Shown here: positions 12,937-26,000 of the stretch, piece after piece
How positions within the stretch are numbered: position 1 is the first letter of the stretch
How the letters are laid out: the number at the start of each line of letters is the position of its first letter
NCBI RefSeq assembly: GCF_006345805.1
Contig: NC_043005.1
Location: forward strand, 20,274,001-20,338,000
Source: Octopus sinensis
Lineage: Eukaryota
Reading direction: 5' to 3'
Length of the DNA stretch: 64,000 bases
Position numbers and translations under genes: made by a program
Notes under the pieces: generated by a model
The model's input: the letters and a program-made list of their open reading frames with translations, nothing else
What the model was told of the DNA's origin: nothing
The model's database searches: none

Positions 12937-13722
12937 GGATCTTTTCCTTTTGAACGGCACTTTTCAACACAATTTCTAGTTAACTAAACACTTTTAAACT
13001 TCGTATACTGGTAGAATGTGTTTATAAAACATCATTTTTTTTGGCTTTATTGAGAAAATTCTATATGTTGTAACATATTTCCACTTCAATTTCGAGCATT
13101 TCGGCAATTTTAACCAATTGCTTACTTCCATTTAGGTAAATAACATTCTGTGCATAATGAATATGTCCCTCCTTTAAGAAACAGATTGGGTTTATTTACA
13201 TTTGTGAAGAAAAAAAGATACCCTTCCCCCACCCCTAACTCTAAAATAGATTGAAATGCAATAGATCGATACTAGGGTTATAATTATGGGTGACAATTTC
13301 ATATGACACCGCTACGGAAAATGAGATTTTTTTCTAGCAGTGTCAAATGAAAATATCACCCATGATTATGGCCCTAGTATCGATCTATTGCATTTCAATC
13401 TATTTTAGATTTAGGGTTAGTTAGGGTTGGGGAAGGATATCTTTTTTTCTTCACAAATGTAAATAAACCCAATCTGTTTATTAAAGGAGGGACATGTTCA
13501 TTATGCACAGAATGTTATTTATCTAAATGGACGTAAGCGATTGGTTAAAATTGCCGAAATGCTCGAAATTAAAGACGAAATATCTTACAAACTATAGAAT
13601 TTTCTCAATAAAGCCAAGAGAAAATGATGTTTTATAAACACATTCTACCAGTATACGAAGTTTAAAACTTTTTAGTTACCTAGAAATTATGTTACAAAGT
13701 GCCGTTCAAAAGGAAAAGATCC
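12937..13722. mobile_element. Foldback/MITE-type DNA element with ~385-bp inverted arms and an 8-bp TSD
   Basis: Starts GGATCTTTTCCTTTTGAACGGCAC and ends GTGCCGTTCAAAAGGAAAAGATCC; arms are complementary to a centre near 13324; flanks cgaaacta (12929-36) and cgaaactg (13723-30). Confidence 0.85.
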
Positions 13723-13903
13723 CGAAACTGCATAGGCCCCGATTGTTGGGAGCGAAATATTGTGATCTAAGCCATTATGCGATATTTACATTTGACTGGG
13801 TTGACAAGAATTAAGAGTCTCAGTTACAAACATTGTACAAGGCATCTGCTAACAGCTGAGCAGACTGGACTATCAAGGGAGCAATCAAGGGAGGTAACTC
13901 TAA

Positions 13904-13912
13904 ACAGGAAGT
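13904..13912 (+). promoter_or_regulatory. ETS/GABP-type motif ACAGGAAGT immediately upstream of the NDUFAF2 ATG
   Basis: GGAA-core motif 6 nt before the ATG, preceded by a doubled TCAAGGGAG. ETS sites are common in promoters of nuclear-encoded mitochondrial genes. Motif match only. Confidence 0.3.
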
Positions 13913-13918
13913 AAACAA

Positions 13919-14060
13919 ATGCTGCGTGTTCGATCGAAAATGTCTCGGAGAGCGAAATGGCTGTGGGGACTATTTAAAAATTCTTTGTATTCTGTCAGAC
14001 AACAGAAAAGAATCATTGGAAATGATTATTTTGGGAATGTATATTACGAAAAGGAAGCAA
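13919..14060 (+). CDS. NDUFAF2: NDUFAF2 coding exon 1
   Basis: MLRVRSKMSRRAKWLWGLFKNSLYSVRQQKRIIGNDYFGNVYYEKEA; basic N-terminus resembling a mitochondrial presequence; donor A|GTAACT, phase 1. Confidence 0.92.
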
Positions 14061-17000
14061 GTAACTGTTTCTTTTTGTTTAAAAAACAAACAAACAATTT
14101 TTTTTCTCTTGTATCAATTATGTATATTAAACATAACTTAGTGGAATGAAATTATGTAACATTGAATGTCTCTATCAAGGGTGTTTCAAAGTATCAAAAA
14201 TGTTTTATTTGTTCCTCGTCGTGTCTTTGTCTTTATAGCTACGAAACTGCATGTTGAATTGCTGTTGTTTAGGTCCAAATCAATTTTAATTAAGTAGACC
14301 TTTGATCAAAAGCATTCCAGGCATGACCATTCCATATATTCAAGGACATCGAGTAATACCTTATCTACCGTGTCATTCTCTTTTTTTAACGTTGATAGAG
14401 TGCGATCTGAAGGTTATTTGACTGTTATTTCTAAGAGGTCGAGCTATAATGGAGATTCCTACGATATCTCATGTAGATAGTACCAAGTTCAGTTTCTACC
14501 GAAGTTGGCTTTGCCCTTCTTCCTTTCGATAGGCGGAGGTAAAGATCATGGACCGCACCCCCTTTGCGATATTTTTGGTTTCTTTATTACAGGAACACAC
14601 TATATCGAGGGCAAAGATTCCGAATCTGCAAAAAAATCTGCATTTCAAAATTTAAATCCTCCCCCCCCCCGCTAAATTTCTTAAATTTTCACTTTTTATT
14701 AAAATTTTTTTGGGCAAAATGCATAGAAAATACAGAGATTATGATGCTGAAAATAAAATTCTGTAAAACTAGGGATAGATGAATGGTTAGTGAGAGCTGT
14801 GCAAGCCATGTACAGGGACGCTGTCAGTAAGGTGAGGGTTGGCAACGAGTACAGTGAAGAATTCCAGGTAGAGGTCGGGGTCCACCAAGGTTCAGTTCTC
14901 AGCCCTCTCCTATTTATCATAGTCCTCCTGGCAATAACAGAGGAATTCAAGACAGGATGCCCCTGGGAGCTCTGCTATGCTGACGACCTTGCTCTAATTG
15001 CTGAGTCACTATCAGAACTAGAGGAGAAGTTTCAAGTGTGGAAGCAAGGATTAGAATCGAAGGGCCTTAGAGTCAACCTAGCTAAAACCAAAGTCCTAAT
15101 AAGTAGGAAGGTAGACAAACCACAAATCCCTTCAGGTAGATGCCCCTGCTCAATCTGTGTGGAAAAGGTGTAGGTAGAAACTCTATAAGATGTACCCAGT
15201 GTAAGCTATGGACACATAGGAGGTGCAGCAATATCAAAGGAAGGCTAACTGGGAAGATAGTTTTTGTATGTGACAGATGCTCAGGAGCAATAAACAATGA
15301 AAATGTGCAGAGAACAACTTCCGCCACATTCCAGGGAGAAAAACTAGAAGTAGTTGATAGCTTCTGTTACCTAGGTGACCAAGTCTGTAGCGGGGGGGGG
15401 GGGGGCGCTGAAAGTATAGCTGCTAGAATTAGAATAGCCTGGGCAGAGTTCAGAGAGCTCTTACCTCTGCTGGTGACTGGCTTCCATGCTGGTGGCACAT
15501 AAAAATGATGCCAGTGGCATGTGAAAAAACATTCGAATGAGGTTGTTGCCAGTGCCACTGGACTGGCTCCTGTGCAGGTGACACGTAAAAAACACCATTT
15601 AAGAGTAGCTGTTGCCTGACTGGCCCTCATGCAGTGGCATGTAAAAGCACCCACTGCACTCTCGGAGTGGTTGGCATTGGGAAGGGCATCTAGCTGTAGA
15701 AACTCTGCCAGGTCAGATTGGAGCCAGTCCTGAGTCAAATCGTCCAACTCATGCTAGCATGGAAAGCGGAAGTTAAACGATGATGATGATATATATACAG
15801 ACACACCTCGACTTAAGTCATTTCCATTTTAGTTGTTCTTAATTATACGTCAGTTTTCAAAAGTAATATATGGAAAAATAAAAATCAAGTTAAGTCATTT
15901 CACTGGACTTTACCTCTGTCCGCTGCAGATATTGGAATATTAAAATCAATAGAAAACCATTAAAAGTACATAAAATCATGTTACTGTACAATAAATAAGA
16001 ATAAAAGCATATAAAATCATATGAAAATACATACAGTAAATGTTAAGATACACACCATAAAGTAGTGTAGCTTAGTGAACGAAATCATGAAATCAGCTGT
16101 GTTATCTAATTTACTGATCTTTTGGAGCTTATATTGCACTGTAGTTCGAGTATCTGCCATTAGATGTCATTGTCACTCATGATTCCCGCGATTGTTTTGA
16201 ATTCAGATTTGTTTATGTCTGTTTATCGGCTACTTTCTCATTCTTGTTTGTTTGTGACTTTATTTTTTGCCCCCGTGGCTCCTAAGAAAATTAAATGTGA
16301 AAGTTCTAAGTGTCATACTATAATGCTGGAAATACAGAACTGGCAATGGTTATTATCTAGCCCAGGGACAAATAAATTCAGCCTAGCCGAGCTTAGAGAC
16401 AAGTTTCTGTGATAGTGATAGACTGATATCCTCTCTATGGAGAGATTTATCACTCACCTTCTTACTATTGCACAAAAGCTGAACACTGCTCGCCAGAAGG
16501 CTCTCAGAACTTAGGAGACATCTTTTCATATATCTTAATACAGCTATCACAGCTGGCTGGAACTCTGTTAGATCATCTAGATGGAGGTCCTTAGCCATCT
16601 AGTGCCATGTCACTACTAACAAAAGTAGGTTTAAATGTCCTGGCATTTGAGAGTTAAATAACTTGGTGATAGATGGTGCACCATGTTGGTTACAGAAAAC
16701 AAACCCTGTTGACCTCTTGGATTGGACTAACTGAACATGGGGCAAGGGTTCAAATCTGCTACTATCCAGAGAGAAAGATTTCTTTCTCATCTGTTGAGCA
16801 CCAAAGTGGAGCTAAGCCTTTAAAAGTTTGCCAAAGTTCTGGAGACATATAATTGACTGTTAATTAGCTGATTAACTTTTTTATGTGAATTTATGAAAGA
16901 TTACAGAAAATTCAAACGATCAATCTATTTCTCTGAAATTTCAGATCCTTCTCGAAACTTGAAAGGGGCTCGATGGGTTGAACGTGCAGATGGAGATCAG

Positions 17001-20000
17001 ATGACACCCCCAGATATGCCTGTAGAATGGGAAGGTAATCCAGTATTTCTTCTTCTTTCATTTGTTTAGCCCTTTATGTAACTTTTGTGTGTGTGTGTGA
17101 GAGAGAGAGCTAGAGAGAGAGTGTGTGTGTATGTGTGTGCATGTTTACTGGTATTGATAGCCAAGTTGGGCCTCATATATTATTGATGCTACTGTAAATG
17201 CAAGAGATGTGCTCAAGAACTGAAAGTTACTCATCTTCTTCTAGTCAAATGTATTTCAGTTTTCAGGGTGGCATTATCAGAAGTAAGTTGGGTTATACCC
17301 TTTGTCCAAGCTAAGTGATGTGTATAAAGAGTTAAAATTATTGTAATAATGTTACATTTTGCTATACTTACTTTGGTGTACATATGATGTCATTTACTCA
17401 GGGTGGGTTGAGCTAGCTCTAACCAATCAGTTCATCATGTCCCCCACGTATGCTGACCACATCCAATGGTTGACTGCTGTTAAGGCTGTAATAGATATCC
17501 ACCCTCAGTTCCACTGCTGAAACCCATAAATGTAGGGGCCAGATTGTGCTTCCATATCTGCCTTTACTGTCACCAGCCACATCTACAACTCAACAGTGAA
17601 TGACAATTATGGCTACAGTGTCTGCACTATCTGATGTTCTTGATTTCCCAGGAGGGTATTTCTGTGATAAATTACTGAACATTTGGCATAACTGGCAGAC
17701 TTGTTTCTTTGGAATTACTGCCAAAACATTCAGTATGGAAGAGTAGAATGTTTATTGAAAGAATATTTATTGAAAAGACTATTTTATTTGAATTAAAGAA
17801 TAAAGAATAAAAATAATAGATGAATACTATCAAAGAAATGCAAATGCATAAATATCAACTGAAACAAATAATTATTTTTGTTTTAGAAATACTGTAATTG
17901 TTGTAATGAGCCATCACTGGATATTTTTCTGTTGAAAGTATTTGATAATGGAAATATTTGAATAGAAATATAATGAAGCGTTTACATTCTGCATTATGTC
18001 TTTAATATCCTTCCATATTTTAAACCAATTCACCTGAGGCTACTTCTGGCTTATTGGCAACCCCCCCCCCCCCCCAACAAAGTCCACCTATTTTAGTGTG
18101 CAGGTGTTTAATTTAAAACTTAATGTAGTAATTTTATGCAAGAAGCTTTTTATAGGTTATGCTATAAATACCAGATCAATACAGAAATAAATACAGTAAT
18201 GCCTCAATATATGAGTTAATTCATTTCCAGAGAATGCTCATAAAGCAAACATTTGTCAACAGAAAATAAAACTTGTAAAACCAAGGTCTCGTAAAGCAGG
18301 TCTTTGTAAAATGAGGTATTACTGTATGATACTAATTATTTAAATTCAACAAAATTCTTGATTAGTTTCAAATTAGAACATATAGGTATGTGTATTTGAG
18401 AAGAAATATAACTCTGAAATAGTAATACTATGTTATGTTTTATTTTATGTGTTTGTGTCTAATGTAAATTACTTAATGGGAATTTTTCCAGCTTGGATCC
18501 GTGGCAAGCGACAAAATCCACCAACAGAAGAGGTAAGAAAACTTCTTTGAAGTGGTTTTGTGTAACTTAAGCTAAGGTAAGATATTTTCTGATAACTGCA
18601 AATTGTTGAAGTAGTAAGGATCTGGATATTAATGGTTCGAATTCTGTCAAATAAAGCTTTCAAGTTTATTGAATGTAAGAGTCCCAGATGATCTGGTATG
18701 TATTTCTAACGTTTAGCTGAAGTGAGGAGATGCAAAATAGTGTCCTCTCTAGAAACTTGAAAAAATGCCTGCAGTCATTTCATTTCATTTCATTTCATTT
18801 GGGTTTGAGTCCATGCTCAGGCCAAGTCGAAGACTCCACCCTCAGAGTCTGGTGTGGTTGCCAGGTTGTATTCTCTGCTTAAATTTGACATGTGTAGGAG
18901 CGAGTTTGAGTCAGTTTGTGCTCGTTGTGTATATCCTGGGAGATGGGGTTCATCTCTAATGGTGCTTAAGTATCTATCCAGTTGCAATTTGAATGATTCC
19001 ACACTGCATCCTGATAGATTTCTGACATGTACCGGAATGGAGTTGAACAGTTGTGCTCCTCGAACCAACAGACTTGATTCTCGCAGGGTTTTGCTGCCTG
19101 GCCAGCTTTTTGTTGATTGGTGGCAGCTGGCAGCGTCTTCCGTGGCGCAGTGAGTGGTAGGTTTTGATACCAAAGTTTGGCACCTTCTGCTCTATCATTT
19201 TCCAAATGTATATAATTCGGTATCGCTCAAATCTTCTTTCTATTGAGTACCTCCTCAAGGTTTTGAGTCTTGCCAATAGTCCAGGTCCCTCGTTTCTGAG
19301 AAGTATGAGGTAAAATTTCTTTGGAGCGATTCTATCTTAGATAGTTGGCCCTTTGTTGTTGGTGACCACAACTGAGAACAGTAGTCAATCCTCGGAAGTA
19401 TACTGTTCCAGAGGGTTTTCATTGTTGAGGTATCTCTTGATTTGAAGGTGCGCAAGATCCACCCGCTGTACTTTCTTGCAGTAAGACAGACTGAGTCAAG
19501 GTGTTCTCTGAATTTTAGGTTGGTTCCCATGTGGATGCCTAAATCTTTCACATACTGTTTTTCCATTATTTGTTGTCCTGATGGTTTCTGTAGTTTGTTG
19601 TATTTTTCAGATCTTGATCTGTTCCGTAGCGAATTAGTTCAAACTTCTTATCATTGAACAACATGTTGTTTGTTTCCTGCCATTTATATATGGTGGTCAG
19701 GTCCTTTTGTAAGGCCTCTGTATCCACCTCGTCTTTGATTGTCTCATGACCCTGGTGTCATCAGCAAAGATGAGACGTTGCTGGTTGTATCTTCATCTAT
19801 GTCAGAGATGAGGATGAGAAACAGGATTGGGCCGAGTACTGTACCTGAGGAACACTGCTGGTCACAGGTGATGGTGTTGAATGGGTTCCATTCACAGTGA
19901 CTGTTTGAGTTCTATTTGTAAGGAACTCGTGTATCCATGTAACAACTTTTCTCTCCTAGGGCCGAGTACTGTACCCTGAGGAACACTGCTGGTCACAGGT

Positions 20001-23000
20001 GATGGTGTTGAATGGGTTCCATTCACAGGAAGGCAGGAGTTTGATTTCCTTCTAGGCAGTGCTCATTATTTTGAGAATTATATCAGGTAACTAGGAAAGA
20101 GAAGCTAGGTGTCAAGGTTATGTAGCAAAGGGAGATGTTGAAAGTCAGGTGTTTGATAATGTTCTGCAATATGAGGATCAAAGGTACGAGGTGTTCTGAA
20201 TTGCAAGACAATGTATCAGAGAGAACTGGGATCTTGTTGGTGAGAAATGTGTGCTGATGGCTAATGATATGCTCACAATTAGTGATTCTGAAAAGAAGTG
20301 CCACTATAAAAGGCTGCTAAATGTGGAGAGTGCATGAGAGAATAAGGGTTTTCCCAACTTAAACTGAATAGAGAGACCAGCTACCCTAGTTGATAATAGG
20401 ATGATAAATAATGCAATTGAGATTGTAAAAGCAAGGAAAACCTCTGGTCAATCAAGAATTAAATTTGACTAAGCAAAAATCGAACTTCTAGTAAGCAAGA
20501 AAAGAGATTGAACTCCCTTCAGGAAAACAACTTTGCTTGATATGCTGGAAAGGTGAAGGTAGAAATTCCATATGGTGTACCAAGTGCAAGCTATAGATTC
20601 TAGGGTTGCAGTGGAATCACAGGAAGGTTAATGTAGAAAGATTTTGTATGTGAAAGATATAGTAGAGCAATAAATACTATGTCCAGATGGGAAATAGATT
20701 CTCTCAAATTATCTCAGGAGGCTCCCTACAAATAGTAGATAGTTTTGGTTATCTTGGTGATCTAATTAGCAACAAGCTAATTAGATCACCAAGTTCTGAA
20801 AGTATACTTGCTGAAATAAAAATATGATGGAGAAAGTTCCAGTGAGTTATTATCTTTGTTGATGACAAAAGATCCCTCAATGAAAGTGAAAAGCAGAATG
20901 CATGATGCTTGTGTATGAAAAGCAATGCTACATGGTATGAATGGTATGAGAAGTGACTGGTATTGGTTTCATTAAAAAAAAGTATTCAGTACACTTTGCA
21001 TTGGGAAAGACATCTGGTTGTAAAAACCATGTTAAAGCAGACATAGGAACTTGGTACAGTCCTCTTTTGTTGGAATATGTCAAGCCATCCAACCCATTCC
21101 AGCATGGAAGATGGACTTTAAACGATGATGATGACCTTTGAGTAGTAAGTAACCCAATGTCTTACACATTCAGTAATCCCAATTCAACTATCATTTAGTG
21201 GGTAAATTTAGCCGCAAACTTGTAGGTCAAAGGTAATTTAAAAAGAAACTTTGAAAGTCACAGTAGTTTGCAAGTATTATCATGTTTTGTTCTTATCAAC
21301 ATTTCAACACCTGCCTACTCACTACCTCTGATCTTGTTTCTTTCCCACCCCCATCATCATCATTATCATCACCACCACCCCACCATCCTTTCCTCCTTTA
21401 ATGTTTTTCTGTTTGTGACAACATATTCAAATGTTACAATTTCAAGGGAAATAACCTCATCTGTATTCAGTGTGGTTCACAATAAAATACAGTGACATCC
21501 TGATCTAAGCATTGGAATTTTCTGATCTGTTTGTCTGCTACCTGCTATGTATTATTAGGATAAATTTGTTCGTATTAACCTTGCTACCTTCTCATAATAA
21601 AAAAAATAAAAAATAAAAAATTAATTAAAATGCTACAACTATATGATGAAATTGAAGCTGTAATCTATTATAAATAGACCTCAAGTGGCCTGAACTCTTT
21701 ACATGAACACCACCCTGTACTTAACTCCATGTCCCCCTACATGGCCTTGCTATTTGCTTTTGAGCCAAATTAACTAACTAACTAACATAAATGCAATATA
21801 TTATTTATATATTTGTAATACATTTGCCTGTAAAATTAGTATTAATTATGTTTCTGATATATTGTTTCTTTTAGAATGTGCAGCTCAGTGGGGCAGGTAA
21901 TGTCCTTAATTCACTGGGGCTGTAGGTTCAAATCAGACCATGAATGCAGAGAGCTATGTGTGATGTGTAAGACGTGTGATGATGCTGTATGGCAGTGAAA
22001 TATAGACAATGAATGTTAAGGACTATAAAAGTTTGTGTAATATATATGAGGTATGAGAGTGAGGCAGGAACAGTGAATGTAGAAGGCTTTATGTGCGATA
22101 TTTATAAATTGTGTGATGATGTATGGTGGTGGTGATGGATATATATGAGACTACATGTGGTGTGTATAAGATGTATGATGTTGTATGGCAGTGAAACACT
22201 GACTATATCAGATGTGTATATGAATCTGTGTGGCAATTAATATTGTGTGCATGAGATGTGTGATGGTGTATAGCTATAAAGCATTAACAGTGAACTTAGA
22301 GGACTATATGTGGTGTTTGTGAGATGCATATTGAGGTATTCTAGTGAAACAGTGAATGTAGAAGTCTATATGAAGTGCATGAAATTTGTGTAATGGTGTA
22401 TAATTGTTAAATATGGACAGTGACATGTGTAAGAGAATTGTATGTATTGTGCATAAGATGTATGCTAGTGAAACACTGATAGTTAATATTAAAGACTCTG
22501 GCATAAGGAAAATGTGTCATGGAATTAAGGACAATATGAGATATGTGTAGCGAGTTGTATGCCAGGTGAATGTATAGGATTATATGTGGTGCATGTTGTA
22601 TGGCCATGAAACATGGATAATTTGACTATATGAAATCTGTGCAAAATTTGCAATGCTTTATAGTGGATAGTAAATATTAAGACTCTCCAATTAGTGAACT
22701 GGAGGGAATCATGAATAGTCTGCTTGATGTGCATTGTAAATTTAAAAGAAAGTTTGAGTATAAATGGATTGAGAAGATTCCAAATGTAACAGTTCTTTGA
22801 TTTCTTTAAATTTGAATGTGATTATTTGTTTGTTCTAGGAAATCCAAAGAAACTATGCAAAAATGATGAAAACTATTCACCGAGCTAAGGAATTAGAACA
22901 AAAATATGCAGTTAGTATGATTTCTCCTTTCATATTGATGTTTTTTCTGTTGAAAGTAATTTTGTCATGAAATGTTCCTTCCAATAAAACTTTATGTAAT

Positions 23001-26000
23001 ATATACATAATTTAGGACAATGGTTTAAAAGCACAATAAATCTGTAGAATTTGGAGTTTAAAGGGAATAGGAAACAAAAAATTTTCCAAATACCTTCTTT
23101 GTTTCTTTATGAATTTTCCAGTACAATTACAAACTTCCTAGTGTACCTATGTTACTGTTGTTCAGACATAGTTACTAGTACACCTGCCTAGTTATTAGTG
23201 ACTAGATATGTTGACACTAGTGATCAGGTAGGTGCACTAGTACAGTAATACTCAGGTGCAGCAGTACCTGAGCACTGCTATAGTTACCTAGCCACTAGTG
23301 TACTTATCTGGTATGTACTGTTCCTATCTACCTATTGTATCAGTTCATTAAGAATGAAATGTTCGATTTTCTTATGCACCAACTTTGACAGTCATTAACT
23401 CTAATGTTTTATCCTGACAATTCTTTATTTTTTCAACTTTGAAGAGTTACATCATCACTTTTTGAAATGCAATTCATGGTGTCTGATTATATTGTGAATA
23501 TTCTCTTGCAAATCAATCTTTATGAACCAATAGATAGATAAAAAATTTGAGTTGTTTATGAATATGAGTTCTGTCATGGAACCAATGCATTCCAGACAGC
23601 TCAAAACATCAATGAGCTGTTTGGTGAAGATGTGGTCAATGAGAACACTGTACATCAATGGTTTGAGAAGTTCTGGTCTGGTGACTTTACTCTTGAAAAT
23701 TGGCTCCTTAGTAGACTTGAGACCAAGGTGGATAATGATGAGCTAGAAATTGTAGTGGAAACAGATACATTTCAAACTATGCGTGAGTTAGCAGCAATGT
23801 TTGATGTTTAAATTCCAACTGTATTGGACCATATGAAACAAATTGGCAAGGTAAAGAAGCTGCACAAGTGGATACCACATGAACGGAATGTGTCTCAAAT
23901 GATATGTTGTCTTGAAATTTGCTGTTCTTTGCTGTCACAGCATAAAAGCGAACCATTTTTGCATCGTATTGTTACGTGTGATGAAAAATGGATTCTTTTC
24001 AACAATTGCAAGTGTTCTGCATGGTGGTTGAATAGAGACAAAGTGCCAAAACACAATCCAAAAAAGAATATTCACCAAAAAAAGCTAATGGTGTCTGTTT
24101 GGTGGTCAAGTGCTGGTGTCATCCACTACAGCTTCATGAGACCTGATGAGTCAATTGCAGCAGATGTATACATCAACCAATTGGATGAATTGATGAGTGA
24201 ACTTGCAATTAAACAGCCGAAATTGGTCAACAGAGACAGTCCAATTCTCTTGTAAGACAATGCTCAACCACATGTTGCACAAAGAATGCTACTCAAGTTG
24301 CTGGAACTCAACTTGGAAGCATTCTGTCATCCACCATATTCACCAGACCTTGCACCAACTGACTATCATGTTTTCCAGGCATTAGACAACTTATGGCAAG
24401 GAAAAAAAAAACATCAGATCTGAAGAAGATGCAAAAGCAGCCGTTTGTGATTTCATCACCTCTTGCTCTCCAGAATTCTTCACTGCCAGTATAAGTTACC
24501 AATAAAATGGCAAAATTGTGTTGATAATTTAGGTGCATACTTTGGTTAACTCCATTGCCTTTTGTTGAGATAAAGTATAATAAACTTTCAGTTCAAACTC
24601 GGACATTTCATTCTTAATCACCTGATATGTACCAGTTTGCTGTTGCTCCAACCTGGTCACTGTTGTGCCTCCATAGTTACTAGTATAATTACCAAGTTGC
24701 TTCTCTGTCTATCTACTTGGCCACTGTTGTTTCTCCCTGTTTACCTGTTTACTGTGTTATCAACCTAGTAGTTGGCTTATCTACCTTGTCACTAGTTTAC
24801 CTACGTGATTACAAACACAGCTTTAAATTAGACTGACATCTTGACAACATCTTAACATTGTATAAAGCTGTACATTTACCAAAGTCTTACTTAAGTACCA
24901 TTGCAGTGCCACATATTATCTGTAGCATTAATTTTAGTGATACTGGGTTCTGCTGGGAGCAATACAGAAAAACAACTGCTGTGCAAGATAAGAAAACAGG
25001 TGATTGTGATGATCACAAAATGTGTAATCACTTACGTACTATACCTGCAAAGCCACACATAGGTATGAAATAAGAATACTTCATTATAAGTCTTAATAAG
25101 TACCATTGCAGTGCCACATAATCTGTAGCATTAATTTTAGTTGGATACTGGGTTCTGCTGGGAGCAATACAGAAAAACAACTGCTGTGCAAGATAAGAAA
25201 ACAGGTGATTGTGATGATCACAAAATGTGTAATCACTTACGTACTATACCTGCAAAGCCACACATAGGTATGAAATAAGAATACTTCATTACTCTTAAGC
25301 AGTCACTTTATCTCCACTGCAGACCTCCTTATCAGGTACTGTGTTTTGGGCAATGTAGTGTGGGGAACTCATTCCTTTCCAAGCTATTATTCTACAACCA
25401 GAAATTACAGGATCACAAGTGAGTGAAATAGCTATACTGAAAATTGGAATTTTAAAAACAAATCTAGTTTACCAGGTGCTTGCACTATAATGCTATAATA
25501 CACACATATGCATGTGTGTTTGTTTGTATGAGTATGTGCACATGTGCATGCACACACTCACACACAGAGTTAACCATCTGCCACATCAATTGAAGTATAA
25601 GATCACTGACAGCCATTTAGAAACTAATTTTTTAATAGATTTATTGATACAGATGCCTGAACGCACATACTGATATACATACATATTTTCTGATTGTAAA
25701 TTCATGTTCTTTATATATACATATGCATACACATTTATACGTATATACATGTAAGGATTGCCCCAAAAGTAAAGCAAAAGTGGGCATAACTTTTTCATTA
25801 ACTAACATAGATAATTTAAATTGCATATGTTTGTTGGGAAATAGTAATTCTTCCTTTATACAAAGGTACTACTAACATAGACTCCAACATGCAATGTATT
25901 TGCATCATCATTAAACCTATCCGTTGAATCTTGTTTCAAAAAGTTCAAGTTTTTAAAAAAAATAAATGCTTTGATCAAGGCTTTCTTTACCTTTCTCCCA

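Noticed and set aside
9000-13900. ERCC8 expected head-to-head with NDUFAF2 as in human
   Set aside because: No WD40/CSA-like minus-strand exon was found upstream of the NDUFAF2 ATG in this window.
16160-16800. APKKIKCESSK... resembling a pogo/Tigger N-terminus
   Set aside because: No DDE motifs or TIRs were identifiable; too degenerate to call.
22911-22914. Alternative donor GTTA|GTATGA that would join exon 4 directly to exon 6
   Set aside because: The 46-bp exon at 31415-31460 has strong sites and supplies the needed phase; the alternative is possible but unsupported.
24881-25290. Tandem repeats as a CRISPR-like array (also 31530-31920 and 21930-22740)
   Set aside because: Eukaryotic context, no constant-repeat/unique-spacer pattern and no cas genes.
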